A stretch of 64,000 nt of DNA from the NCBI GenBank assembly GCA_964634755.1, contig CAZWJH010000001.1, positions 12,317-76,316 on the forward strand, in the 5' to 3' direction. Below are positions 17,665 to 27,554 of the stretch, in pieces. The notes beneath the pieces are model-generated. The model had not been told where the DNA came from. It saw only the letters and a list, made by a program, of their open reading frames with translations, and did not search any database. How positions within the stretch are numbered: the stretch's first letter is position 1; each line of letters begins with the position of its first letter. The DNA is from an uncultured Clostridia bacterium (GTDB lineage Bacteria; Acidobacteriota; Aminicenantia; JAMOAD01). Position numbers and translations under genes: made by a program.

Positions 17665-19473
17665 TTAATGATGTTTGTGAGTTAATTCCTTAACACAGGT
17701 TCCCTTTTCAAGATCTCTTTCAAAATAACAAGTATGAAGAAGTCTGTGAGCAATATCTGAGCCGGGGGATTTGAGGAACTTTTCATAAACTTTTTTAATT
17801 GCCGGATTTTCATGAGAGCATCTCATCGGAAGTTCTCTGTCTTCTTTGTAAAGTCCCTCTCCTCTTCTTGCCCTTCTTGCAAGATCACTTCCATAGGGCT
17901 GTCCGCCTCCACCAACACAACCACCGGGGCATGCCATTATTTCAATAAATGCATACTCACTCTTTCCGGTCTCTTCTATCTGTTTTCTCACTTTTGTTAA
18001 AAGCTCTCGTGCGTTTCCGAGCCCGTGGGCAACTGCCACCTTAAGTTTCATTCCTGCAATTTCAAGCTCTGCTTCTTTTATACCCTGCATTCCTCTGACT
18101 GCTTCAATATCAAGGTTCTTAAGATTTTCTCCTGTGAGCAAAAAGTATGCGGATCTTACAGCAGCTTCCATAACACCTCCGGTAGCTCCAAAGATGGTTG
18201 CAGCTCCCGTATATGCTCCCATAAGATCATCCGCCTTTTCCTCAGGAAGGTTCTTAAAATCTATACCTGCTTCCTTTATCATTCTGACAAATTCTCTTGT
18301 GGTTAAAACATAATCAACATCCTGATACCCTGAATCTCTCATCTCAGGTCTTCGAGCCTCAAATTTTTTAGCTGTACAGGGCATAATTGAAACACTGACT
18401 ATTTTTGCAGGGTCAATACTGTACTCTTGAGCAAAATATGTTTTGGTTAATGTTCCGAACATTTGCTGAGGTGATTTGCAGGTTGAAGTATATTTTGCAA
18501 AATCAGGAAAATATGTTTCCATAAATTTAATCCAGCCGGGGGAACAGGAAGTAATGAGAGGAAGAGGTCCCCCTTCTTTTATTCTGCCAACAAGCTCAGT
18601 ACCCTCTTCCATTATCGTAAGATCAGCTGAAAAATTTGTATCAAAAACATAATCAAAACCTAATTTTTTAAGAGCAGCATACATTTTCCCCACGGTAACA
18701 GTTCCGGGTTCCATTCCGAACTCTTCTCCCAATGTAACTCTGATAGCAGGAGCTTCCTGAACAACAACAACTTTTTCAGGATCAAGCAGAGCTTCCCAGA
18801 CTTCATCTATCTCTGACCTTTCCCTTAATGCTCCTGTTGGACAAAATACGGTACATTGACCGCAATTCACACAAACACTGTTTCCAAGACCTTCTTTAAA
18901 AAATGTATTTACATTAACTTCAAATCCCCTGTCAGCAAAAGTGATTGCATGAACAGTCTGAACTTCATTACATACGGTTACACATCTTCCGCAGGCTATA
19001 CATTTGTTTGGGTCTCTTATAATAGCAATGCTTGTTTCATCAAGAGGTTTATATTCAAGGATTTGATCCAAAGTTTTTGTGTCAACTCCCATATTGTTAG
19101 CAAGCTCCTGAAGTTCACATTTTCCGTTAGCAACACAGCTCGGACAGGAAACATCATGGTTGGATAATATCATCTCTATAACAGTCTTTCTCATCTGTCT
19201 CAATCTAACTGAATTAGTCGTCACCTTCATTCCTTCACTTACAGGTGTACAGCAGGATCTTTTCGGTACTGGAGAGCCTTCGACTTCCACAACACAAACC
19301 CCACATGCTCCGGTGGGCTTTAAATCAGGATGATAGCAAAGAGTCGGAATTGTTGCTCCGACCTTTTTTGCTGCTTCAAGGATAGTCGTTCCTGCCGGAA
19401 CTTCAACTTCTTTACCATCAATGTATAATTTTACTTTATCAGGCATATAAGACCTCCTTATTATTTTTTTCAT
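17665..19473 (-). CDS. hydA: [FeFe]-hydrogenase catalytic subunit HydA (multidomain: 2Fe-2S, His-ligated 4Fe-4S, 2x 4Fe-4S ferredoxin, H-domain)
   Basis: L2 MPCTAKKFE and L3 EIMACPGGCVGGGGQP are canonical. L1 is TSCSPGW, non-canonical. N-terminal plant-type 2Fe-2S cysteines, HxxxCxxCxxxxxC, then CIACGRC and CVNCGQC. The real start is likely ATG at 19446 (MPDKVKLYIDG), overlapping the hydB stop. Confidence 0.9.
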   Translation of the reverse strand: MKKIIRRSYMPDKVKLYIDGKEVEVPAGTTILEAAKKVGATIPTLCYHPDLKPTGACGVCVVEVEGSPVPKRSCCTPVSEGMKVTTNSVRLRQMRKTVIEMILSNHDVSCPSCVANGKCELQELANNMGVDTKTLDQILEYKPLDETSIAIIRDPNKCIACGRCVTVCNEVQTVHAITFADRGFEVNVNTFFKEGLGNSVCVNCGQCTVFCPTGALRERSEIDEVWEALLDPEKVVVVQEAPAIRVTLGEEFGMEPGTVTVGKMYAALKKLGFDYVFDTNFSADLTIMEEGTELVGRIKEGGPLPLITSCSPGWIKFMETYFPDFAKYTSTCKSPQQMFGTLTKTYFAQEYSIDPAKIVSVSIMPCTAKKFEARRPEMRDSGYQDVDYVLTTREFVRMIKEAGIDFKNLPEEKADDLMGAYTGAATIFGATGGVMEAAVRSAYFLLTGENLKNLDIEAVRGMQGIKEAELEIAGMKLKVAVAHGLGNARELLTKVRKQIEETGKSEYAFIEIMACPGGCVGGGGQPYGSDLARRARRGEGLYKEDRELPMRCSHENPAIKKVYEKFLKSPGSDIAHRLLHTCYFERDLEKGTCVKELTHKHH

Positions 19474-21058
19474 TAATTTTTTTCAAGAATTCTTCCTTAA
19501 AATTATCTATTGCGCTTGCGACAGGCATAATTACCGACTGCCCCAAAGGACAGAGAGAAAGATTTCTCATTGTCTCGGCAATATGCTTCATCTTTTTAAG
19601 ATCTTCTTCCTTACCTTCACCGGTTTTAATTCTATAGATAATCTCCAAAAGCTGTCTTGTTCCTATCCTACATGGAGAACACTGCCCACAGGATTCATGG
19701 GCAAAAAACTTCAAAATAGAAAAAAGCATTTCAACAATTGAGGCATCCTCATTCATAACCAAAATTGCTCCTGAGCCCAAAACAGCCATCTGTTCTTTCA
19801 AATTTTCAAAATCCATTTTAACATCCAAGAGTTTATCCGATAAAAACACCCCTGCAGCTCCTCCTACAAGGGCAGCTTTGAATTTTTTTCCATTTTTAAC
19901 TCCTCCCCCGTAAGCATTTATAATTTCTCTGAGTGGAGTTCCCATTTCAACTTCTATAAGTCCCGGATATTCAACATCTCCTAATACAGTAAAAACTTTT
20001 GTTCCGGGAGATTTTTCAGTACCCAATGCTCTGTACCATTCCGCTCCTTTCAAAATAATCACCGGAACATTTGCCAAAGTTTCAACATTATTAACAACTG
20101 TAGGGTTTTGCCATAATCCATGAGTTACAGGATAGGGAGGTTTTATTCGCGGTTGTCCTCTCTTTCCTTCCAATGATTCTATGAGAGCTGTTTCCTCACC
20201 GCATACATAAGCACCGGCACCTTTTTTAACTTCTATATCAAAATTTAAACCAGTTTCAAGGATATTTTTTCCCAAAAGACTAAATTTTTTAGCATCCTCA
20301 ATAGCTCTATTAATTCTATCTATTGAAAGCTGATACTCACCTCTTATGTAGATATATCCCTTTTTAGCACCAACAGCATAGCCTGCTATTATCATTGCTT
20401 CAAGAAGCTTGTGAGGATCTCCTTCTAAAATTAATCTATCTTTATATGTTCCCGGTTCTCCTTCATCAGCATTGCAAATAACAAACTTTTCATCACCTTT
20501 TGCTTTTCTGGTAAATTCCCATTTAAGTCCTGTAGGAAATCCTGCTCCACCTCTTCCTCTTAAACCTGATTTCTTTATTTCCTCTATTACCTGTTCTGGA
20601 CTAATTTTTTCTTCTAAAATTTTTTCAAGAGCCGCATATCCGCCTCTGGCAATTACTTCTTCTATATCAAAAGTATTTACAATACAGCATTTATCCAGAA
20701 CAACTCTCGGCTGCTCTCTCGTAAGCCCTATATTCTCATAATCAACTACATTTTTTCTACCCTCTCCATCAATACTGTTTTCAACACTCTCACAAACCTT
20801 TCCTTTTAAAATATGCTGCTCAACGATATTCTTTGTATCTTTGGGAGTAACATTATAGTAATAAACTCTGTCCGGATAAACAATTAAAACAACACCTCTT
20901 CCTGAAATCCCTACAGGTCCGGTCTCAAGAACTTTAACCTCCTCTTCCACTCCATGCTTAAAGAGCTCTTTATTCAATCTTCTTTTTACTTCAAGCGCAC
21001 CATTTTGAATTGCCTCTTCATCCATAGGAATTAATATATGCATTCTTTGAAAACTCAT
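19439..21058 (-). CDS. hydB: hydrogenase flavoprotein subunit HydB (NuoF-like, FMN/NAD-binding) with an N-terminal Cys-less thioredoxin-like domain
   Basis: [21 protein letters not shown] motif and a 4Fe-4[13 protein letters not shown]. No C-terminal ferredoxin domains. The N-terminal Trx-like domain lacks the usual Cys. Confidence 0.85.
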   Translation of the reverse strand: MSFQRMHILIPMDEEAIQNGALEVKRRLNKELFKHGVEEEVKVLETGPVGISGRGVVLIVYPDRVYYYNVTPKDTKNIVEQHILKGKVCESVENSIDGEGRKNVVDYENIGLTREQPRVVLDKCCIVNTFDIEEVIARGGYAALEKILEEKISPEQVIEEIKKSGLRGRGGAGFPTGLKWEFTRKAKGDEKFVICNADEGEPGTYKDRLILEGDPHKLLEAMIIAGYAVGAKKGYIYIRGEYQLSIDRINRAIEDAKKFSLLGKNILETGLNFDIEVKKGAGAYVCGEETALIESLEGKRGQPRIKPPYPVTHGLWQNPTVVNNVETLANVPVIILKGAEWYRALGTEKSPGTKVFTVLGDVEYPGLIEVEMGTPLREIINAYGGGVKNGKKFKAALVGGAAGVFLSDKLLDVKMDFENLKEQMAVLGSGAILVMNEDASIVEMLFSILKFFAHESCGQCSPCRIGTRQLLEIIYRIKTGEGKEEDLKKMKHIAETMRNLSLCPLGQSVIMPVASAIDNFKEEFLKKINEKNNKEVLYA

Positions 21059-21519
21059 TTTTCCCTCCTCTTTTCCTCAATAATCGATTTTAATCTTTCG
21101 GGGGTAAGATTTCCATAAACTTTATTGTTTATCATAATCGCGGGAGCAACGCCGCAAACACCTAAGCATGAGCTCATTTCAAGAGTGAACAAACCATCTT
21201 TAGTAGTTTCCCCGAATTTAATCCCTAATATTTTCATAAGTTCCTTTGAAATAGTAGTGGAGCCCATAAGATGACAGGGAGGGGATTGACAAACTCTTAT
21301 GACATATTTTCCCCTTGGTTTAAAAGCATACATTGAATAAAATGTTGCAACTCCATGAACAGTGCTCAAAGGAAGTCCCAAATATTCTGAAACAGCTTTC
21401 AAATCTTCCTTTGAAAGATAATGTTCCTCTTTCGAATCCTGAAGTTCATGGAGAATTGCAAGCAAATTTTCACTCTTTTTCTCGTATTTTTCCAATATTT
21501 CTTTCATTTTACACCTCAC
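21055..21519 (-). CDS. hydC: hydrogenase subunit HydC (NuoE-like thioredoxin-fold 2Fe-2S)
   Basis: CQSPPCHL...CLGVCGVAP NuoE-type 2Fe-2S motif. Overlaps the hydB start and the upstream fusion-gene stop. Confidence 0.85.
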   Translation of the reverse strand: MRCKMKEILEKYEKKSENLLAILHELQDSKEEHYLSKEDLKAVSEYLGLPLSTVHGVATFYSMYAFKPRGKYVIRVCQSPPCHLMGSTTISKELMKILGIKFGETTKDGLFTLEMSSCLGVCGVAPAIMINNKVYGNLTPERLKSIIEEKRREK

Positions 21520-24500
21520 AGCATCTCTTCAAGGGATTTATGTTTTTTTTCAGCCTTTTTCTTTAATAAAGACTTACCTCTATCACAGTGAAGACATCTT
21601 CTTGCCTCTTCTATAGCATCTTCAAGACTCATTCCCTTGTTAACTTCAAGAGCCATTGATCTAATTCTTTCCTTTACATCAGAATACTCAGGCTTTTTTC
21701 TTGAGATTGTCTTAAGATACGCTTCCTCATCATAATCAGGAACATATTCGCCTCTCTCATCCTCAAAAAGTTTACCTTCATATCCGAAATATTTATCAAT
21801 CGCAATGGCAGCTTTTCTACCTTGAGCAACAGACTCAATCACTGTGGAAGGATAAATCGCATCTCCTCCAGCAAAAACACCTTCTTTCGAAGTCATCATT
21901 GTTTCCGGGTCTACCTTAAGATGCCCGTTTGAATAAAGTTCAAGCCCTGCATGAAGTTTGCTCATAGTAAGTTTTTGACCAATACAGGGAATCACAAGAT
22001 CAGCTTTAACTGTAAACTCAGTTCCCTCAACAGGAACAGGTCTTCTTCTCCCGCTATCATCAAATTCACCCAATTCTGTTCTTATAAATTTAACAGCTTT
22101 TACTTTTCCGTTTTCATCTTTTATTATTTCAAGAGGATTTGTTAGAAACTCAAATTCAATTCCCTCTTCTTCACTCTCTACTATTTCTTCCTGTAAAGCT
22201 GGCATTTCAGCTTTTGTTCTTCTATAAACAATTTTCACATTCTTAGCCCCAAGTCTTAAAGCTGTTCTGGCAGCATCTGTGGCGGTTGAACCTCCGCCGA
22301 CGACAATCACATTTTCACCAACTTCAACATCTTCTCCCAAATTTATCTTTCTCAGAAAATCTATACCACTTATAACTCCTTCGACATCTTCTCCCTTGAT
22401 ATTCATTCTTCTCGAAGTATGAGCCCCTGTTGCAATGAAGACAGCATCAAAGCCTTCTTTTTTAAGTTTGTCCAAGGATTCAACTCTCGTATTGAGCCTA
22501 ATTTCAACACCAGCTTTTTCTATTATTTCTATCTCTTTTAGCGTCACTTTTTTGGGTAATCTGTACTCCGGTATTCCAACTGTCATCATCCCACCCGGTA
22601 TTGGCAGAGCTTCAAAAACAACGGGTTTGTATCCCATTCTTGTAAGATAAAAGCCACATGCAAGGCCAGCAGGACCGGCACCTACAATCGCAATCTTTTC
22701 TTTTTTGGGATTCTCCGGAGGAGCAAATTTAGGCGGCTCACTTAAAGCCCAGTCTGCAAAAAGTCTTTTAACCTCTCTTATTGCCACAGGCTCATCAAAT
22801 TTACCTCTTTCACACCTTTTTTCACAAAAGGCGGGGCAAACTCTAGCGCAAACCGAAGGAAAAGGATTATTCTTCATATGGGTGTAGTATGCAAGCTCGA
22901 GTTTGCCCTCTGCCATATAGGAGATATATCTTGCTGCGTCCACATTAGCCGGACAATTGTTTTCACAAGGAGCATAAAACAGTGAAGCACAAACTCCCGC
23001 TTCACACTCCTTATCAACAATATGCTTTATATATTCATCTCTGAAATATTTTAAAGTCGATAAAACAGGATTTGGAGCTGATTGCCCTAATCCGCAAAGG
23101 GAGGTAGCTTTTATTGTTTCACCCAAATCCTGAAGTCTGTCAAGGTCCTCCAATTTACCCTCTCCCTTTGTTATTCTGTCAAGAATTTCATACATCTGTC
23201 TTAAACCTACTCTACAGGGAGAACACTGTCCGCAGGATTCTTCTATTGAAAATTCAAGAAAGAATTTTGCCATATTAACCATACAGGTATCCTCGTCCAG
23301 AACAATAAGCCCTCCTGATCCCATAATTGATCCCAGTGCTTTTAATGATTCATAATCAATTGGAGAATTCAAAAATTGTTTGGGAATACATCCACCAGAG
23401 GGCCCTCCTGTTTGAACAGCTTTAAATTTCTTACCATTAGGTATTCCTCCTCCGATATCATAAACAAGTTCTCCGAGAGTTATTCCCATAGGAACTTCCA
23501 CAAGCCCGGTGTTTCTGACATTTCCCGAGAGAGCGAAAACTTTTGTTCCTTTACTCTTCTCGGTTCCAATCGAAGCAAACCATGAAGCACCGTTCAAAAT
23601 TATGTGTCTTATATTAGCAAGAGTCTCAACATTATTAATTAAAGTGGGTTTACCCCATAATCCCTTTTGTGCGGGATAAGGAGGCTTGGGTCTCGGCTGC
23701 CCTCTTTCTCCTTCAATAGAAGCAATAAGAGCTGTTTCCTCTCCGCAAACAAAAGCTCCTGCTCCCATTCTAAGCTCTATATCAAAAGAGAAATCTGTCT
23801 CAAAAATATTTTTTCCTAAAAGGCCTAATTCTTTAGCCTGTTTAATAGCTATTTCAAGTCTCTTTATTGCAAGGGGATACTCAGCTCTAACATAAATATA
23901 GCCCATATTTGCGCCAATTGCATACCCTGCAATTGCCATACCTTCCAAAACAGCATGGGGGTCTCCTTCTAATACAGCTCTATCCATAAAAGCACCGGGG
24001 TCTCCCTCATCAGCATTACAAACAACATATTTTTGATCGCCTTTTGAAGCTCTCGTAAACTTCCATTTTAATCCTGTAGGAAACCCTGCTCCTCCTCTTC
24101 CTCTGAGACCAGAATTTATCATCTCTTCGATAACATCTTCAGGCTTCATCTCTGTTAAAACCTTCCCCAAAGCTTCGTATCCTCTTTGGGCAATATACTC
24201 ATTTATATTTTCAGGATCAATCTTACCGCAGTTGGAAAGAACTATTTTTTTCTGTTTCTCAAAAAATGGAATCTGTTTTTTCTCTTCAACTATCTTTCTT
24301 GCTTCCGGGGTTTCCCAGAGAAGCCTTTTTACGGGTCTTCCCTTTAGAAAGTGTTCCTCCACCAATTCCTCTATGTCTTCTTCTTTAAGCTTTATATAAA
24401 AGGAACCATCTGGATAAACAACCATAACAGGCCCCAATTCGCAAGGTCCCATACACCCTGTTTCCACAACATTTATTTCATCGGAGAGCCCTTTTTCCTC

Positions 24501-24593
24501 TATTACTTTAATCAATTTATCTTTTATTTCATGGCTATGAGAGGAGATACAGGCTCCCCCTCCGCATACTAAAACATCAAGTCTTTTTGCCAT
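21516..24593 (-). CDS. NuoF-like flavoprotein fused to a glutamate synthase small-subunit (GltD/NfnB-like) NADPH oxidoreductase domain
   Basis: 1025 aa. N-terminal Trx-like 2Fe-2S domain with its Cys retained (CGGGAC...ETGCMGPC), NuoF FMN motif [25 protein letters not shown], then GltD-type 2x 4Fe-4S ([14 protein letters not shown]; [13 protein letters not shown]) and a Rossmann [18 protein letters not shown] domain. Confidence 0.8.
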   Translation of the reverse strand: MAKRLDVLVCGGGACISSHSHEIKDKLIKVIEEKGLSDEINVVETGCMGPCELGPVMVVYPDGSFYIKLKEEDIEELVEEHFLKGRPVKRLLWETPEARKIVEEKKQIPFFEKQKKIVLSNCGKIDPENINEYIAQRGYEALGKVLTEMKPEDVIEEMINSGLRGRGGAGFPTGLKWKFTRASKGDQKYVVCNADEGDPGAFMDRAVLEGDPHAVLEGMAIAGYAIGANMGYIYVRAEYPLAIKRLEIAIKQAKELGLLGKNIFETDFSFDIELRMGAGAFVCGEETALIASIEGERGQPRPKPPYPAQKGLWGKPTLINNVETLANIRHIILNGASWFASIGTEKSKGTKVFALSGNVRNTGLVEVPMGITLGELVYDIGGGIPNGKKFKAVQTGGPSGGCIPKQFLNSPIDYESLKALGSIMGSGGLIVLDEDTCMVNMAKFFLEFSIEESCGQCSPCRVGLRQMYEILDRITKGEGKLEDLDRLQDLGETIKATSLCGLGQSAPNPVLSTLKYFRDEYIKHIVDKECEAGVCASLFYAPCENNCPANVDAARYISYMAEGKLELAYYTHMKNNPFPSVCARVCPAFCEKRCERGKFDEPVAIREVKRLFADWALSEPPKFAPPENPKKEKIAIVGAGPAGLACGFYLTRMGYKPVVFEALPIPGGMMTVGIPEYRLPKKVTLKEIEIIEKAGVEIRLNTRVESLDKLKKEGFDAVFIATGAHTSRRMNIKGEDVEGVISGIDFLRKINLGEDVEVGENVIVVGGGSTATDAARTALRLGAKNVKIVYRRTKAEMPALQEEIVESEEEGIEFEFLTNPLEIIKDENGKVKAVKFIRTELGEFDDSGRRRPVPVEGTEFTVKADLVIPCIGQKLTMSKLHAGLELYSNGHLKVDPETMMTSKEGVFAGGDAIYPSTVIESVAQGRKAAIAIDKYFGYEGKLFEDERGEYVPDYDEEAYLKTISRKKPEYSDVKERIRSMALEVNKGMSLEDAIEEARRCLHCDRGKSLLKKKAEKKHKSLEEML

Positions 24594-24962
24594 TTAGCCC
24601 TCCTCTTTAACTTCTAAAATGTACTCTGAAACCGGATTCCCATTAACAATGTGCTCAGCTATTATCTTTCTTGCAACATTATCACTAACATCACCATAAA
24701 CAATTGTGGGTTTACCTTTTTCATAAACAGTGATAACCGGTTCATGAGAGGAAAGTCCTCTTTCTCCGCTTTGAGTTATTAATATATCTCTGAGTTCTCT
24801 TTTTTCTATTTCATTCAAAAGTGCCTTTAAAGTCTCCCTTGCTCCCGAAGCAATTCCGCTTGTTCCCATACTTACAACTATCTTTACTCTTGCTCTCCCT
24901 TCTCTTAAATTCATATCCTTTGAATATTTTTCCCTAATCTTTTTTAAATCAGATAATTTCAT
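24594..24962 (-). CDS. thioredoxin-like ferredoxin-fold protein lacking the cluster-ligating cysteines
   Basis: 122 aa. Matches the Trx-like 2Fe-2S Fd domain layout, but all four ligand positions are Ser (SMGTSGIASG ... GLSSHEP). Confidence 0.5.
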   Translation of the reverse strand: MKLSDLKKIREKYSKDMNLREGRARVKIVVSMGTSGIASGARETLKALLNEIEKRELRDILITQSGERGLSSHEPVITVYEKGKPTIVYGDVSDNVARKIIAEHIVNGNPVSEYILEVKEEG

Positions 24963-24972
24963 TTTAACCTCC

Positions 24973-25473
24973 TTAATTTTCTTCTGCTTTTTTAAAATCT
25001 TTTATTATATTTATAGCTTTTTGAGGACTTAATCTTCCGAATACTTCCTCATCAATCACCATAACAGGAGCAAGACCACAGGCGCCAAAACATCTTGCCG
25101 TTGAAACAGTATAAAATTTGTCCTCTGTAGTTCCACCAACCTCAACGCCTAACTCTTTGCAAAGAGCATCCAAAATAACCTTTGAACCCTTAACATGACA
25201 GGCAGTACCAGTGCAAACATTAATAACATGTTTTCCTATTGGCTCTGTTCTGAAAAAATTATAAAAAGTTACAACTCCGTAGATCTCGGAAAGAGGTACA
25301 TTAAGATGCATTGAAACGAATTTTTGAACTTCAGCTGGCAAATAACCGAAAATACTCTGAGCTTTATGAAGAACCTGAATAAGAGGACCGGGGGTATTCC
25401 GATGCTCATCAATAAACTTTTTCAATGCCCGATACTCTTCATTATCGGGGATATGAAACCTTGCGCTATCCAT
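24973..25473 (-). CDS. second NuoE-like 2Fe-2S subunit
   Basis: CTGTACHVKG...ARCFGACGLAPV NuoE-family motif. 166 aa. Confidence 0.8.
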   Translation of the reverse strand: MDSARFHIPDNEEYRALKKFIDEHRNTPGPLIQVLHKAQSIFGYLPAEVQKFVSMHLNVPLSEIYGVVTFYNFFRTEPIGKHVINVCTGTACHVKGSKVILDALCKELGVEVGGTTEDKFYTVSTARCFGACGLAPVMVIDEEVFGRLSPQKAINIIKDFKKAEEN

Positions 25474-25482
25474 AAAAACCTC

Positions 25483-25824
25483 CTATAAATCCGATTTTTC
25501 TATTAACAAATTATAAATTTTTCCCGAAAGCTCAAAAGCTCCTTCATTAGATCGTAATAAAAAGATTCCTTCTCCCTTTGCTTTCTTAATCACCTCACTA
25601 TCAGGCATCCCGCCATTTGCAATTATAATTGCTGAAATTTTTTTCAATTGTGCAACAGCAATTATATTCATATGCCTTTGAACAGTTATCCATAGATTAC
25701 CTTCTTCAGCATGAGCCATAACATTTGACAAAAGATCAGAAGTGTAGCCCCCCGTTATTTCCCTATCCTCTCCTTCTGCCAAAACATTAAGATTAAAAGC
25801 ATTTATAAGGTTTTTTACTTTCAT
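25483..25824 (-). CDS. DRTGG-domain protein (first gene of the hydrogenase operon)
   Basis: Small protein with a DRTGG-like core (EGEDREITGGYTSDLLSNVM). Such proteins commonly lead [FeFe] hydrogenase operons. The start was reassigned to ATG at 25824 (GGAGAAACA RBS). The track ORF extends to 25893. Confidence 0.55.
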   Translation of the reverse strand: MKVKNLINAFNLNVLAEGEDREITGGYTSDLLSNVMAHAEEGNLWITVQRHMNIIAVAQLKKISAIIIANGGMPDSEVIKKAKGEGIFLLRSNEGAFELSGKIYNLLIEKSDL

Positions 25825-25855
25825 TGTTTCTCCATTTGTTAAAATCTTAACAAAA

Positions 25856-25884
25856 AGGTATATTAATATAATATATTTTTTACA
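25856..25884 (-). promoter_or_regulatory. putative sigma-70 promoter of the hydrogenase supercluster (-35 TTGACA, ~17 nt spacer, -10 TATATT)
   Basis: On the minus strand: TTGACA (25884-25879), then TATATT about 17 nt later. About 30 nt upstream of the reassigned DRTGG start. Confidence 0.35.
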
Positions 25885-26056
25885 AAGTGTCAAGTCTTTT
25901 TTGTTAATTATTTCACGATAACGAAGATTTGGTTTTAACCCTTCTTTTTACCTCTTACCCACTTTATTTATGTACTTTTTTCTATAATGATTTATTAATT
26001 TTTTCCTCTCTTTTTCTAAAAATTTATCTTTTTTGTACTTTGGTCTAAATTTCTCT

Positions 26057-26536
26057 CTATGTTTCATCATAAATTCCCCTTTCTCTTTTCATCTCCTTTA
26101 ATTGATCAAATCTCATCTGATATCTCATTTTAAATGGGAAAAGGGTTGCTACAACTAATACAGAAATAATAACCAAAAGGACTGCTCTAAAATATGAAGC
26201 TCCAAAGAAAAAAACCAAAAAGCCAATAGTGCCTATTGATTCCCCTATGCTCATTAGGATAACATCCATTTTATACCATAAATCAAAAGCTTCCGATTCA
26301 GTTTTATATACAATTTTAGCTGGAAAATATATGAATCTTTTTAAAGCAATTATAAGAAGAATAAGGAAAGCAGATGCATAAAAAGAGTATCTCTCAATTT
26401 CAGTCTGTTTATCTAAAAAAGCTTTACTAAAATGCAGAAATTTATCAATAAAAAACATTATAGGGATATAAGCCAATACAGATACTATAAAGATAAAACC
26501 TATAACTTGAAGGTTTTTTAGCTTTTTTTCATCCAT
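26057..26536 (-). CDS. hypothetical membrane protein (4 predicted TM helices)
   Basis: 159 aa, hydrophobic stretches, coupled to the era stop (overlap at 26536). Confidence 0.4.
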   Translation of the reverse strand: MDEKKLKNLQVIGFIFIVSVLAYIPIMFFIDKFLHFSKAFLDKQTEIERYSFYASAFLILLIIALKRFIYFPAKIVYKTESEAFDLWYKMDVILMSIGESIGTIGFLVFFFGASYFRAVLLVIISVLVVATLFPFKMRYQMRFDQLKEMKRERGIYDET

Positions 26537-27429
26537 CAGTCCTCTCCCATCTGTTTATTTAAAAGAGAAATCACACCGGGGGAATCTCTCCATTTTTCTT
26601 TAACCCTCACAATTAATTCAAGATAAATTTTTGTACCTGTTAAAAACTCCAGCTCCTTTCTCGCACTTTTTCCAATGCGGGAAATCATAGAGCCATTTTT
26701 ACCTATCAAAATAGCTTTTTGTGAATCCTTTTCAACATAAATCTCAGCATGAATATACAGTACCCCATTATCCCTTTTCTCTATTTTATCAACAAGAACA
26801 GCCACAGAATACGGAATTTCATCTTTGGTCATATTTAAAATTTTTTCTCTGATTATTTCTGCGATTAAAAATTTCCTTCTAACCACAGTAACACTATCTC
26901 CTGGATATAAGAGCTCCCCTTCCGGCAGATACTCAAATATTTTTTCATTCAAAACATCAAAATTAAGCCTTGTTAAGGCAGAAATAGGGATAATTTCATC
27001 AAATACATTCATATCTTTGAATTTCTCTATTATCGGAAGAGCCTTTGATTTTTTCACTAAATCTATTTTATTGATTAAAAGGAATTTAGGTTGTTTGTAT
27101 TTTTTTAATAATTCAAGGGAAAATTCATCCCCTTTACCCCATTTTTTTGTAATATCTATTAAAAATAATATTAAATCGCACTCTTCAAGGGCAGAGTAAA
27201 CCTCTTCCATCATTTTTTTGTTAAGAGTATGAAGAGGCTTGTGAATACCCGGATTATCCAAAAATATAATCTGCCCTTTCTCCTCCGTATAAATCCCCAC
27301 TATTTTATTTCTTGTTGTTTGAGGTTTATCTGAAACAATTGAAACCTTACTTCCTAAAAAAGAATTTAATAAAGTTGATTTCCCAACATTTGGTCTCCCA
27401 ACAAGAGACACAAAACCTGATTTCATCAT
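26536..27429 (-). CDS. era: GTPase Era
   Basis: G1 GRPNVGKST, DxxG DNPG, NKID, and a C-terminal KH domain (KAILIGKNGSMISRIG). Confidence 0.9.
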   Translation of the reverse strand: MMKSGFVSLVGRPNVGKSTLLNSFLGSKVSIVSDKPQTTRNKIVGIYTEEKGQIIFLDNPGIHKPLHTLNKKMMEEVYSALEECDLILFLIDITKKWGKGDEFSLELLKKYKQPKFLLINKIDLVKKSKALPIIEKFKDMNVFDEIIPISALTRLNFDVLNEKIFEYLPEGELLYPGDSVTVVRRKFLIAEIIREKILNMTKDEIPYSVAVLVDKIEKRDNGVLYIHAEIYVEKDSQKAILIGKNGSMISRIGKSARKELEFLTGTKIYLELIVRVKEKWRDSPGVISLLNKQMGED

Positions 27430-27554
27430 ATCTCCTTAATATAAAAATAATACAATAATGTTTTATTATAACTCTTTTTTTTAATATTTTAAAAGGGATA
27501 CCTCCTCTTCTCAAGACAAAAGCTTTTAAAAAAATTGTCAGTGATTAGTCCCTT

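Noticed and set aside
27430-27554. Weak hairpin (CAGTGA...TCACTG) between era and the malic enzyme gene as a terminator
   Set aside because: A 6-bp stem with a 15-nt loop and no flanking T-run. Too weak to call.
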